Assembly (NCBI GenBank): GCA_963772375.1 | Contig: CAVYXG010000001.1 | Location: 856,086-920,085 of the forward strand | Origin: an uncultured Actinomycetes bacterium | GTDB taxonomy: Bacteria; Actinomycetota; UBA4738; JACQTL01 | DNA length: 64,000 nucleotides | Direction of reading: 5' to 3' | Shown here: one piece after another, positions 20,321-29,090 of the stretch | Layout: each line of letters begins with the position of its first letter | Position numbering within the stretch: position 1 is the first letter of the stretch | Notes under the pieces: generated by a model | The model's input: only the letters and a program-made list of their open reading frames with translations | The model's database searches: none | Told to the model about the DNA's origin: nothing | Translations under genes and position numbers: made by a program

Positions 20321-20492
20321 ATGCTTGCTTTCATGATCTGCCCCAGCGTTGCGGCCTGCAACTCGAGCGTCCGTGGCCTCGATCATGGCGTTGTCGGCGT
20401 GAGGCTCCCGGGCCTCGGCCACGAGTGCCGCGCCGTCCCCGGCAGAGCTTCGCCAGCTCGCGGGCCGACCGCAGGAGCACCGTGAGTTCGTC

Positions 20493-21722
20493 GTGACGGG
20501 GCTCGGGGGGAGTGTGGCACTCCGACGACCCGGGGCCGCGGGTCGGGCGCGGGGTCGAGTGTCGCCCCCGCGCTCTACGCCGGGGGCGGCCCAGCGGTTC
20601 GAGTTCTTCAACCGGGAGTTCGCCGATCCGGCGTTCGCCGAGCTGATCCCCGTGCAACGGCCCCAGGAGGCGCTGACCGCGCACGCGCTGGACGCGATGG
20701 TCCGGGCGGTGAACGGCGTGCCGGACGGGCCGTTCGCGGGCGGCCCCGTGGAGCTGGTGGTGACCACCGGAGACTCGGTGGACAACGCGCAGTGGAACGA
20801 GCTCCAGGCGATCCTCGACCTGTTCGACGGGGGGGTCGTCCGGCTGGACTCGGGGGCTCCCGGTTACGAGGGCGTGCAGGCCGCGTCGTGGCCCGACGAC
20901 ATCTTCTGGCGGCCGGACGGTGGCGCGGACCTGTTCCACTCCGGGTTGGGGTTCCCCGACCACCGGGGGCTGCTCGCCGCGGCCCTGGCGGCGTTCCGGT
21001 CGGGCGGGCTCGACGTGCCGTGGCTGACCTGCAACGGGAACCACGAGGCGCTCGTCCAGGGGCTCGGCACGATCACGCCGGAGATCGCCGACGCGCTGAT
21101 CGGCGGGACGAAGCCGACCCGGCTGCGGGACGACGTGTCGCGGGACGAGGCGCTCGAGCTGTTCACCTCGGCCGTCCACGTGTTCATGTCGGGGGCGCCG
21201 GTCCCCGTGAGCGCCGACCCCGGCCGCCGCGCGCTCACCCGGCGGTCGTTCGTGGAGGCGCACTTCCGGGACGGCGGGCGCCCACGCGGACACGGGTTCA
21301 CCGACATCAACCGCGTGCGGGGGACTGCCCACTACGTGCACGACGTCGGAGCGGTTCGGTTCGTCGTGCTGGACACGGCGTGCCCCCAGGGCGGGTCGGA
21401 CGGCGCGGTGGACGAGGACCAGGCGGCGTGGCTCGCCGAGGTGCTCGCGGAGGTCCATTCGTCGTATCGGGGCGTCGACGGGTCGGATGTCCGAACGCCG
21501 AACGAGAACCTGCTGCTCGACCACGACGGGATCGTCGCCGAGACGGGGGTGCGCGCCGTGGAGGGGTGGTCGGGGCAGCTGCTGGCCGGGCTGCACCGGG
21601 AGCTCGCCGCCAACGTGCCGTTCGCCGGGCCGGAATCGCCGCTGGCGGGCTCGTCCGCCGATCGCAACGTGGTGCTCCGGATGCGGGCGCCGTTCCCGCT
21701 GCGCCGCGCACGCGGCCGCTAG
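20493..21722 (+). CDS. metallophosphoesterase (TIGR03767-like), probably N-terminally truncated
   Basis: VVTTGDSVDNAQWNE, LTCNGNHE, VLDTACPQGG phosphoesterase motifs. The first possible start is the GTG at 20493. The N-terminal/TAT region expected for this family is not present. Confidence 0.65.
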   Translation: MTGLGGSVALRRPGAAGRARGRVSPPRSTPGAAQRFEFFNREFADPAFAELIPVQRPQEALTAHALDAMVRAVNGVPDGPFAGGPVELVVTTGDSVDNAQWNELQAILDLFDGGVVRLDSGAPGYEGVQAASWPDDIFWRPDGGADLFHSGLGFPDHRGLLAAALAAFRSGGLDVPWLTCNGNHEALVQGLGTITPEIADALIGGTKPTRLRDDVSRDEALELFTSAVHVFMSGAPVPVSADPGRRALTRRSFVEAHFRDGGRPRGHGFTDINRVRGTAHYVHDVGAVRFVVLDTACPQGGSDGAVDEDQAAWLAEVLAEVHSSYRGVDGSDVRTPNENLLLDHDGIVAETGVRAVEGWSGQLLAGLHRELAANVPFAGPESPLAGSSADRNVVLRMRAPFPLRRARGR

Positions 21723-21830
21723 CTCGAAGGGTTTCCCGGGCCGGGTGTCGATCCGGCCGGTGGGCGTTCGTGTAGAGGGTGGAAGGTCTCGCGGGAGGCG
21801 TTCGGTCACCCGACACAAGGAGGAGGTCTC

Positions 21831-22445
21831 ATGGGCAGGATCACCACGTTCACCAACGTCACGCTGGACGGCGTCATGCAGGCGCCCGCCCGTCCCGACG
21901 AGGACACCCGCGGTGGGTTCGCCGATGGCGGCTGGGCGGTGCGCTACGGGGACGAAGTCATGGCAGCGTTCGCCGCGGAGGGGACGGCCCGCGAGGGCGC
22001 GATGCTGTTCGGCCGGCGCACATACGAGGACTTCCTCGCCGTGTGGCCGAACCGGCCGCAGCCGAACCCGTTCACCGACGTGCTCAACCGATCACAGAAA
22101 TACGTGGCGTCGAGGACGCTCTCCGAACCGCTGGCCTGGGAGCACTCGACCCTCCTGCGGGGGGACGCGGGCGACGCCGTCTCGGAGCTGAAGGCAGCTT
22201 CGGACCGGGACATGATGGTGCTCGGGAGCGGCGACCTGATCGGGACGCTGATGCGCCGGGCTCTGATCGACGAGTACATCCTGCTGATCCATCCCCTGGT
22301 GCTGGGGACGGGCCGGCGGCTGTTCGGCGACGGCGGGCCGTCCGCCGGGCTCGAGCTGGTGGATTCCAGGATCACGACGACGGGCGTGATCATCGCCACC
22401 TATCGTCCGGAGAACAGTTCCTCGGACGCGTCGAGGAGGAGTTGA
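21831..22445 (+). CDS. dihydrofolate reductase-family protein (RibD C-terminal domain)
   Basis: MGRITTFTNVTLDGVMQAP...MMVLGSGDLIGTL. AGGAGG RBS. Confidence 0.8.
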   Translation: MGRITTFTNVTLDGVMQAPARPDEDTRGGFADGGWAVRYGDEVMAAFAAEGTAREGAMLFGRRTYEDFLAVWPNRPQPNPFTDVLNRSQKYVASRTLSEPLAWEHSTLLRGDAGDAVSELKAASDRDMMVLGSGDLIGTLMRRALIDEYILLIHPLVLGTGRRLFGDGGPSAGLELVDSRITTTGVIIATYRPENSSSDASRRS

Positions 22446-22447
22446 CG

Positions 22448-22795
22448 ATGAAGCGCTACCTGCTGAGCATCTACCAGCCCGACGGGCCGCCGCCGCCTGA
22501 CCTCGACCTGGGGAAGGTCATGGCCGACGTGAACGCCCTGGTCGAGGAGACGAAGTCCACCGGGGCGTGGGTGTTCAACGGCGGGCTCCACACGCCGGAC
22601 TCCGCGACCGTGCTCCGCCAGTCGGGTGGCGACGTGCTCGTCGTCGACGGGCCCTATCTGGAGGGCAAGGAACACGTGGGCGGGCTGATCGTGCTCGATG
22701 GGGCGGACCTCGACGCCGCGCTCGGGTGGGGGCGGCGGTTCGCGCGGGCGATCGGGCTGCCCATCGAGGTGCGGCCGTTCCAGGAGGAGGGCTGA
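22448..22795 (+). CDS. YciI-like (DGPF-domain) protein
   Basis: 115-aa [15 protein letters not shown]...[13 protein letters not shown], a typical YCII-related domain upstream of an ECF sigma gene. Confidence 0.7.
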   Translation: MKRYLLSIYQPDGPPPPDLDLGKVMADVNALVEETKSTGAWVFNGGLHTPDSATVLRQSGGDVLVVDGPYLEGKEHVGGLIVLDGADLDAALGWGRRFARAIGLPIEVRPFQEEG

Positions 22796-24027
22796 CGGAG
22801 ACCGAGAGCGCCGTCATCGCCCGGGACATCGACGCCGTGTTCCGTGCCGAACACGGCCGGGCGCTGGCGGTGCTGGTCCGGGTCTTCGGCGACATCGACG
22901 TCGCCGAGGAATCGCTCCAGGACGCGTTCACCGTTGCGGTGGAACGGTGGCCGGCCGAAGGCCTGCCGTCCAGCCCCACCGGGTGGATCATCACCACCGC
23001 CCGCCGGCGGGCGATCGACCGGCTCCGCCGGGAGGCGTCCCGGGACGACCGCCACGCCCAGGCCGCGCTCCTGCACGAACGCGGCGAGCCGCCCGAGGAG
23101 GGCGCCGTGCACGACGACCGCCTGCGATTGATCTTCACGTGCTGCCACCCCGCGCTCGCCACGCCGGCCCAGGTGGCGCTGACGCTCCGGCTGCTGGGCG
23201 GGCTGACCACCGCCGAGATCGCCAAGGCGTTCCTCGTGCCGGAACCGACGATGGCGCAGCGCCTCGTCCGGGCCAAGGCGAAGATCCGCGACGCCGGGAT
23301 CCCGTACCGGGTCCCGTTCGAATCGGACCTGCCCGACCGGCTGCGCTCGGTCCTGGCGGTCGTGTACCTGATCTTCAACGAGGGGTACGCGGCGGCCTCG
23401 GGCGACCGGCTGGTGCGGGAGGAGCTCTGCGCGGAGGCCATCCGGCTGGGGCGGCTGCTGGCGGAGCACATGCCGGACGAACCGGAGGTGTGGGGACTGC
23501 TCGCCCTGATGCTGTTCTCCGAGGCGAGGCGTGCGGCGCGCGTCGGACCCGACGGCGAGCTCGTGCTGCTCGCAGACCAGGACCGAACGAAGTGGGACCC
23601 CGTGCTGATCGATGAGGCCCGCGGCATCGTCCGGGCGTGCCTGCGCCGCAACCGGCCGGGTCCGTACCAGGTGCAGGCGGCGATCAACGCGGTTCACCAC
23701 GACGCATCCGACCCGGCCGCCACGGACTGGCGCCAGATCGTGCACCTGTACGACCAGCTGGTCGTGCTCGATCCCAGCCCCGTGGTGGCGCTGAACCGCG
23801 CGGTCGCTGTCGCGGAGGTCGACGGGCCGGAGCGGGCGCTGGCGCTCGCGGACGACCTCGACCTCGACTCCTACTACCTGTTCCACGCCATCCGGGCCGA
23901 CCTCTTGCGCCGTCTCGACCGAGACGCGGAGGCCGCATCCGAATACGAGGCGGCGATCGCGCTCGCAGACGGCTCGGTCGAACGGGAGTTCCTCCGGGGT
24001 CGCCTCGAATCGCTGTCCAGTAGGTGA
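22792..24027 (+). CDS. ECF sigma factor with C-terminal TPR-like extension (COG4941 type)
   Basis: Sigma-70 region 2 ([22 protein letters not shown]) and region 4 ([21 protein letters not shown]) plus a roughly 250-aa C-terminal domain. The start is uncertain: no in-frame ATG, and CTG 22792 or GTG 22837 are possible. Confidence 0.75.
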   Translation: MTETESAVIARDIDAVFRAEHGRALAVLVRVFGDIDVAEESLQDAFTVAVERWPAEGLPSSPTGWIITTARRRAIDRLRREASRDDRHAQAALLHERGEPPEEGAVHDDRLRLIFTCCHPALATPAQVALTLRLLGGLTTAEIAKAFLVPEPTMAQRLVRAKAKIRDAGIPYRVPFESDLPDRLRSVLAVVYLIFNEGYAAASGDRLVREELCAEAIRLGRLLAEHMPDEPEVWGLLALMLFSEARRAARVGPDGELVLLADQDRTKWDPVLIDEARGIVRACLRRNRPGPYQVQAAINAVHHDASDPAATDWRQIVHLYDQLVVLDPSPVVALNRAVAVAEVDGPERALALADDLDLDSYYLFHAIRADLLRRLDRDAEAASEYEAAIALADGSVEREFLRGRLESLSSR

Positions 24028-24042
24028 GGTGCGGCCGGGAGC

Positions 24043-25980
24043 TCAGGTCGACGCGGCGCGCAGCCGCCTGCGGGCTCGAAGGACCTCCGCCACCGACCAC
24101 GCCTGGAACGGACAGCCGGTCGCCGCGTGGGGCGGGTCGCCGTCGCCGGTCTCCGATACCGAGCCCAGCCCCCAGTCGCGGAGATGGACCTCGAGGCCGT
24201 CGAGCACGCCCTCCACCGGGAGGCCCGCGCTGATCGCCGCATCGACGTACGGTCCGATCAGCCAGGGCCAGACGGTTCCCTGGTGGTAGGCGCCGTCGCG
24301 TTCGAAGGGCGGGCCCCGGTGGATCCCCCGGTAGCCCGCCTCGCCCGGCGCGAGCGACCGGACCCCGACGGAGGTCAGCAGGCGGGACGCCACGGTCCGA
24401 ACGACCTCGGCGCCGTCCGGGAGGGGCGCGTTGGGCAGCGAGACGGCCAGGAGCTGGTTCGCTCGGCAGGCCGGGTCGTCGCCGTTCGGGCCGTCGACGA
24501 CGTCGTACAGCGTGCCGTCGCCGCGGACGAACCGCGACCGGAACGACGCTCGGGCCGTCGCCTCCAGCGCGCGGACGTCGTCGGCGCCGGCGGCGCCCGT
24601 CCGTTCGCGAACGGTCGCGATGGTCGCGAGCGCGTCGATCCACAGCGCGTTGACCTCGACGGGCTTGCCCTCGCGCGGCGTGACCGGGCGGCCGTCGACC
24701 CGGGCGTCCATCCAGGTGAGCGCGATGCCGTCGGCGCCCTGGGTGATGAGCCCGTCGCGGTCGACCCGGATGCCGTACCGGGTGCCGTCGCGGTGCCACC
24801 GCACGATCTCGCCGAACGCGGCGTCGAGCTCCCTGGCGAGGTCGTGGTCGCCGGTTCGTTCGACGTGGCGCCCCACCGCGTGGACGAACCACAGGGTGCC
24901 GTCCACCGTGTTGAACTCGGTACCGCCCGCGTCGGCGGTGTTCGCCAGCATGCCCTGCGAGAGCGTCGCCGCCGCGGCCCGGAGCAGCGCGCGTCCCTCG
25001 TCGTGGCGACCGGTCTCGAGGAACAGCCCCTCGTACGAGGTCATCGTGTCGCGCGACCAGTCGCCGAACCACGGGTAGCCGGCGACCACCGTGAGGCCGA
25101 CGACGAACTGGTCGGCCGCCATCGCGAGCAGCCGGTCGGTGTCGTCGACGGTTGCGGCGCGGTCGGCGGTCAGTCGGGCGCGCCCCCGGGCTCGAGCGAC
25201 CACCGTCGTCGCTGGGTCAGGCGTCGCTCCGTCGGACAGGTCGTCGCCGGCCCACGCCTGAACCCCCATCGTCTCCCCGGCGCCGAGCTCCGCGACGAAC
25301 CGCCCCGAGAAGAACAGGTCCTCGCGGTCGTTCAGCCCGCGGGCGGCCTCCTCCCGGTAGCTCACGCCGTGGTACCAGGAGGGCCCGGTCGGGTCGAACC
25401 CCGGCCCGCGCACGCGGTATCGACCCTCGAACACGAACCCGTCCGCCAGCGTCTCCAGACCCGGGTCCCAATTCCCGAACCGCTCGCCGTGGGCGTCGCG
25501 CCACGTGGAAAGGGCCTCGAGCTCCAGGCGAACTCGATCGCCGGCGCGGACCACCCGGTGCACCACGCCGACCGCCGAACGGCCGTGCGCCATCGCGACC
25601 TCGCGTTCGATCACGACGTCGCCCACCTGCCATCGCCACACCGGAACGCCGTCGACGACCGCGAACGACTCCAGGAGCTGGTAGCCCTGCGGCTGCACGG
25701 TCGTGCCGGCCCACTCGTGCACGCCGAGCCGGATGCGCGCGCCGCCGATCACGAGCACGGGGTCGAGCGAGGCCAGGCCCATCTGGCGGCCCCGGGGCGG
25801 GTCGGTCGCGACGACCAGGAGCCCGTGGTACCGGCGGGTCCGCAATCCGGCGACGGTTCCCATGGCGTACCCGCCGAGCCCGTCGGCGACGAGCCATTCC
25901 CGCGTGGACGACTCGGCGAGGTCGCCGCAGACCTGGCGCCCGAACCGGATCTCGGTCACGTGCGCATCCTGTACCTGCAC
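24043..25980 (-). CDS. glycogen-debranching-enzyme-family amylo-alpha-1,6-glucosidase (GDE_N + GDE_C)
   Basis: FGRQVCGDLAESSTREWLVADGLGGYAMGTVAGLRTRRYHGLL is a GDE N-domain signature. The 747-aa ORF reads through the tRNA-Leu complement upstream, so the start is set at GTG 25980 (or 25959). Confidence 0.75.
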   Translation of the reverse strand: MQVQDAHVTEIRFGRQVCGDLAESSTREWLVADGLGGYAMGTVAGLRTRRYHGLLVVATDPPRGRQMGLASLDPVLVIGGARIRLGVHEWAGTTVQPQGYQLLESFAVVDGVPVWRWQVGDVVIEREVAMAHGRSAVGVVHRVVRAGDRVRLELEALSTWRDAHGERFGNWDPGLETLADGFVFEGRYRVRGPGFDPTGPSWYHGVSYREEAARGLNDREDLFFSGRFVAELGAGETMGVQAWAGDDLSDGATPDPATTVVARARGRARLTADRAATVDDTDRLLAMAADQFVVGLTVVAGYPWFGDWSRDTMTSYEGLFLETGRHDEGRALLRAAAATLSQGMLANTADAGGTEFNTVDGTLWFVHAVGRHVERTGDHDLARELDAAFGEIVRWHRDGTRYGIRVDRDGLITQGADGIALTWMDARVDGRPVTPREGKPVEVNALWIDALATIATVRERTGAAGADDVRALEATARASFRSRFVRGDGTLYDVVDGPNGDDPACRANQLLAVSLPNAPLPDGAEVVRTVASRLLTSVGVRSLAPGEAGYRGIHRGPPFERDGAYHQGTVWPWLIGPYVDAAISAGLPVEGVLDGLEVHLRDWGLGSVSETGDGDPPHAATGCPFQAWSVAEVLRARRRLRAAST

Positions 25981-26030
25981 GTCGGAGAAGGTCCACAGGC
26001 CGTCGGGGCCGGTCACTACACTCGCCGGGA

Positions 26031-26113
26031 GCGAGAGTGGCGAAACGGCAGACGCGCCGGACTTAGGATCCGGTGCCCGAAAGGGCGTGGGGGTTCGACT
26101 CCCCCCTCTCGCA
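26031..26113 (+). tRNA. tRNA-Leu (TAG), intact; attachment site for downstream islands
   Basis: Acceptor GCGAGAG/CTCTCGC. Anticodon loop CTTAGGA. Long variable arm TGCCCGAAAGGGCGT. T-arm GGGGGTTCGACTCCCCC. Confidence 0.85.
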
Positions 26114-26633
26114 CCCCCTCTGACCTGCGGATCTTTGGTCAGAAGGACCACGAACGGGATCCGCCGCCAACCGAGGAATGGCCTTCTTGCCCACGCTTGC
26201 TCACGATCGCTCGGTTCGCATAAGAATGATCGAGGCGCGGGCAGGGCCCAGGGCACGTCCAACTTCCGAGAGTCGGTCAAGGTCAAAGCCCCTCAAAGCG
26301 CAAGGCGAGGAAGCCCTCTGACGACTTCTTCCGTGGCGGCCTCGGGGCGCGGTCGTCGGCCGCCGGTCTACGGGGCGCAGGCACTGAGCAACGGACCTCG
26401 CGCTGGCAGCCTCATGTAGTTGCCTCCATCTACAGCCGGCGGCACGTTCCATCCGGCGCGGACCCTGAGCTCGGGTTCCGCGTGGCCCGACGGATGACCT
26501 CCCGGACCAGGTCTTCACTGATGCTCGGCCAGTAGCACTCGACCAAGAAGGTCGCCGTGGTTCCTCCCATCGATCCGGGGGCCGTCGGAGAGGCTCTCGA
26601 ACTCAGCCAAGAGCCCTCCATGGAGTCTTCCCG

Positions 26634-27602
26634 CTAGCTCGGTCGCGGCCCCCAGTCCGGAGAGCTGTCGAAGATTGCCGAGTGGGTCACGTTGCGGAGC
26701 CCGGAGCCGTCCAAGTTCATGACCCAGATATCCGGATTCGATGGCTGCCCATCCACGCCGAGGTTATGAGAGACCGTGATCATCGTCCCGTCAGGGGAGA
26801 AGGAATAGGACCCCCACTGGTGGAAGCCGTTGAAGGTGTGGGTGATCCGGTGCAGGCCGCTCCCGTTCGGGTGGACCAGATACAGATTGTCCGTGCGGTC
26901 CTGCCCATCGTAGGACTCGAGCAGGATCCACCGCCCGTTCGGCGACCAGTCGGGGCCGTCACCCGCGTGCAGTCTCCAGGGGCTGACCCGCCGCACGTGC
27001 GTTCCGTTCAGGCGGATGGTGAAGACGGCATGCTGGCCGGATTTGCCGTTCCCTTGGAACACCAGGCGGGTTCCGCCAGGGGACCACTGGGCGAACTGAC
27101 CCTCATACTTGGTCGGTGTGACCTGGCGGACATGAGTGCCGTCCGCCTGCATCACGAACACCGCCACCAGGCCGATCGAATCGTCGTATCGAGTGAATGC
27201 GATCCGCTTCCCGTTCGGCGACCAGGCGGGATAGACATCGTCAACGCTCGGGTCCTTGCTGATCTGGGTGAGGTGCGTTCCGTCGGGCCTCACCTTGAAG
27301 ATTCTGGTGGGTTTGCAGGAACACACGGCGGCCTGCCGATAGAAGGCGATCCACCTGCCGTCCGGGGACCAGTCTGGCTCTGTGTCGAGGAAGACCTTCC
27401 CCCGGTGCGTGATCTGCCTCACACCGATGCCGTTGGGCCTGATGGTGAAGATTGCCCCCAGGGTGTGGTCGTCGTTGAAGTACCGCCGGAACGTGATGCG
27501 GCCGTTCTTCCCAGGCGCGGTCGCGCCGGCGGAGGGGGAGCTCGACAGCATTGTCACCAACGCCGCTGTGACTGCCGCCACGAAGACGATGAAGCGTTTC
27601 AT
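26634..27602 (-). CDS. secreted TolB-like beta-propeller protein (PD40/WD40-like repeats)
   Basis: Signal peptide MKRFIVFVAAVTAALVTML followed by repeated DWSPDGRWIAF / AWSPNGKRIAF / QWSPGGTRLVF / DWSPNGRWILL blades. Confidence 0.8.
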   Translation of the reverse strand: MKRFIVFVAAVTAALVTMLSSSPSAGATAPGKNGRITFRRYFNDDHTLGAIFTIRPNGIGVRQITHRGKVFLDTEPDWSPDGRWIAFYRQAAVCSCKPTRIFKVRPDGTHLTQISKDPSVDDVYPAWSPNGKRIAFTRYDDSIGLVAVFVMQADGTHVRQVTPTKYEGQFAQWSPGGTRLVFQGNGKSGQHAVFTIRLNGTHVRRVSPWRLHAGDGPDWSPNGRWILLESYDGQDRTDNLYLVHPNGSGLHRITHTFNGFHQWGSYSFSPDGTMITVSHNLGVDGQPSNPDIWVMNLDGSGLRNVTHSAIFDSSPDWGPRPS

Positions 27603-27677
27603 GCTCAGGTTCCCCTTTCGATAGGGCGGAACGGGGGGAATGCAGCCCCGACGGGGCCGTCGGAGTGCTGTCGCAGA

Positions 27678-28136
27678 TCAGTCGATGTGCATCGTCCCGT
27701 CGTAGACGTCGACGATCAGCGGCAAGGTGGAATCCGGGGTGCCCGCCAGGGTTCCGCTGCCGTGGAGCTTCGCGAAGGCCCCAGTCCCGTCAGTGACGTT
27801 CCAGGTTCCGATGGTCGAGCCGTCCTCGAAGTTCAGCGTCACCCGCAGCAGCACCTCGAACGTGTCGCCCGGGCTCCCCGCACAGGCGAACAGCTTCCCG
27901 ATGAGGATCTGGGCGTGGCCACCCCCGCCCCCGACGAGTCCGCTGTTGAAGGCGTTGGTGACGACTCCAGATGGGCAGACTGGCCCGGTGGCGGTGAACG
28001 GGTCCGGCGGTTGGGCCGTGGTCTGGACGACGATGTGCACGGCTTGCGATGTCGAGGCCCCCGCCGGGATCGCCAGCGTCCCCGCGCCCGCCACCAACAT
28101 GGCGGTGAGGCTCAGAACGATCAGTGGTCGCTTCAT
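27678..28136 (-). CDS. secreted hypothetical protein
   Basis: 152 aa from ATG 28136. Signal peptide MKRPLIVLSLTAMLVAGAGTLAIPAGAS. Confidence 0.55.
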   Translation of the reverse strand: MKRPLIVLSLTAMLVAGAGTLAIPAGASTSQAVHIVVQTTAQPPDPFTATGPVCPSGVVTNAFNSGLVGGGGGHAQILIGKLFACAGSPGDTFEVLLRVTLNFEDGSTIGTWNVTDGTGAFAKLHGSGTLAGTPDSTLPLIVDVYDGTMHID

Positions 28137-28306
28137 ATGGATCTCCCTTCCGAGTTCGTCTCCGGACTCAACAGGCGACGTTCGCGCACTGCGCCGGGCC
28201 AGCGAGATGAACATCGCAGTCACGCGATCGAGCCCCAACGACTGAACTTCTCCTCATGGATGTCCTCCTCGCAACCTCTCGTTCCGAGTCGGTTGGTGAC
28301 GTCTCG

Positions 28307-28918
28307 TCAAGTGACACCCTCCTCTACGCTGGAAGCCGCCTCGGCCAGAGCAGCGGGAGGCCCCGATATCCCGGTGAGGAGCTCGAATGCCGCATCAACC
28401 TCGGATGGAGCGTTGTTTGGGATCGCGGGCATGAAGGCCCGATCGCCGATCTCCCACGAGATGATCTCGGCGCCCTGTTCGTAGCCGCGAAGCGCCCACG
28501 GCTCCTCCCGGCTGTTCCAGGCATCGAGGCCTCGGAGCCGAAGGAAGCGCGACTTCAACTCGGCCGGAACGTTCGCATCGAGCCAGATGTGGCCCATCTC
28601 GTGGAGCAGGGTCCCTCGGCTCAACTCGTCGACATGCGTCGTGCACATGTCGACCGTGCCGTCCGCCGCGTAGCCGGTCGTGCCGCCGCACTCAGATAGA
28701 TCCTCGTGGAACCGCACCTCCACGTCGGGCGGGTCAAGCCTTGCGACCTCGAACCGACCGATCGCCCACCGAACGAGTCGGAGCTGATCGGGCCGGCCAC
28801 CCACGACCACGACCCGTGGATTCCGCCACGAGATGTGGGTCCCGACCTCCGAGCCCCCTCCCACGGTGAAGACTGCGAGCACCGCGATCAGAGCCCGGAA
28901 CGGCTTGCCGTTGCCCAT
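28307..28918 (-). CDS. secreted putative HExxH zinc metalloprotease
   Basis: 203 aa from ATG 28918. N-terminal hydrophobic signal. LLHEMGHIWLDANVP motif. Confidence 0.55.
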   Translation of the reverse strand: MGNGKPFRALIAVLAVFTVGGGSEVGTHISWRNPRVVVVGGRPDQLRLVRWAIGRFEVARLDPPDVEVRFHEDLSECGGTTGYAADGTVDMCTTHVDELSRGTLLHEMGHIWLDANVPAELKSRFLRLRGLDAWNSREEPWALRGYEQGAEIISWEIGDRAFMPAIPNNAPSEVDAAFELLTGISGPPAALAEAASSVEEGVT

Positions 28919-29090
28919 GGGCCGAGGCTCGCGGCCGGGCCTGGAGGTCCAGGTGGAAATCGCTGGAAGAACGCGTGAGGTCTTGGGCTTCACGCGTTCT
29001 TCAAGGACCGAGGTTCAGGGTTCCGGCATGAACCGGCGATCGTTGGGAGCCAGCCTTCCCACCCGGGAACGGGCGGCGTACCGTGCGACC
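28919..29090. promoter_or_regulatory. divergent intergenic region between the secreted-protease gene and the giant SARP-kinase-STAND gene
   Basis: 172-bp gap between divergently transcribed starts. Confidence 0.35.

Noticed and set aside
24043-26286. N-terminal 100 aa of the 747-aa GDE ORF
   Set aside because: This part of the ORF is translated straight through the reverse complement of tRNA-Leu(TAG) (it yields VREGGVEPPRPFGHRIL-like text). The real start must lie downstream of the tRNA, at about 25980.
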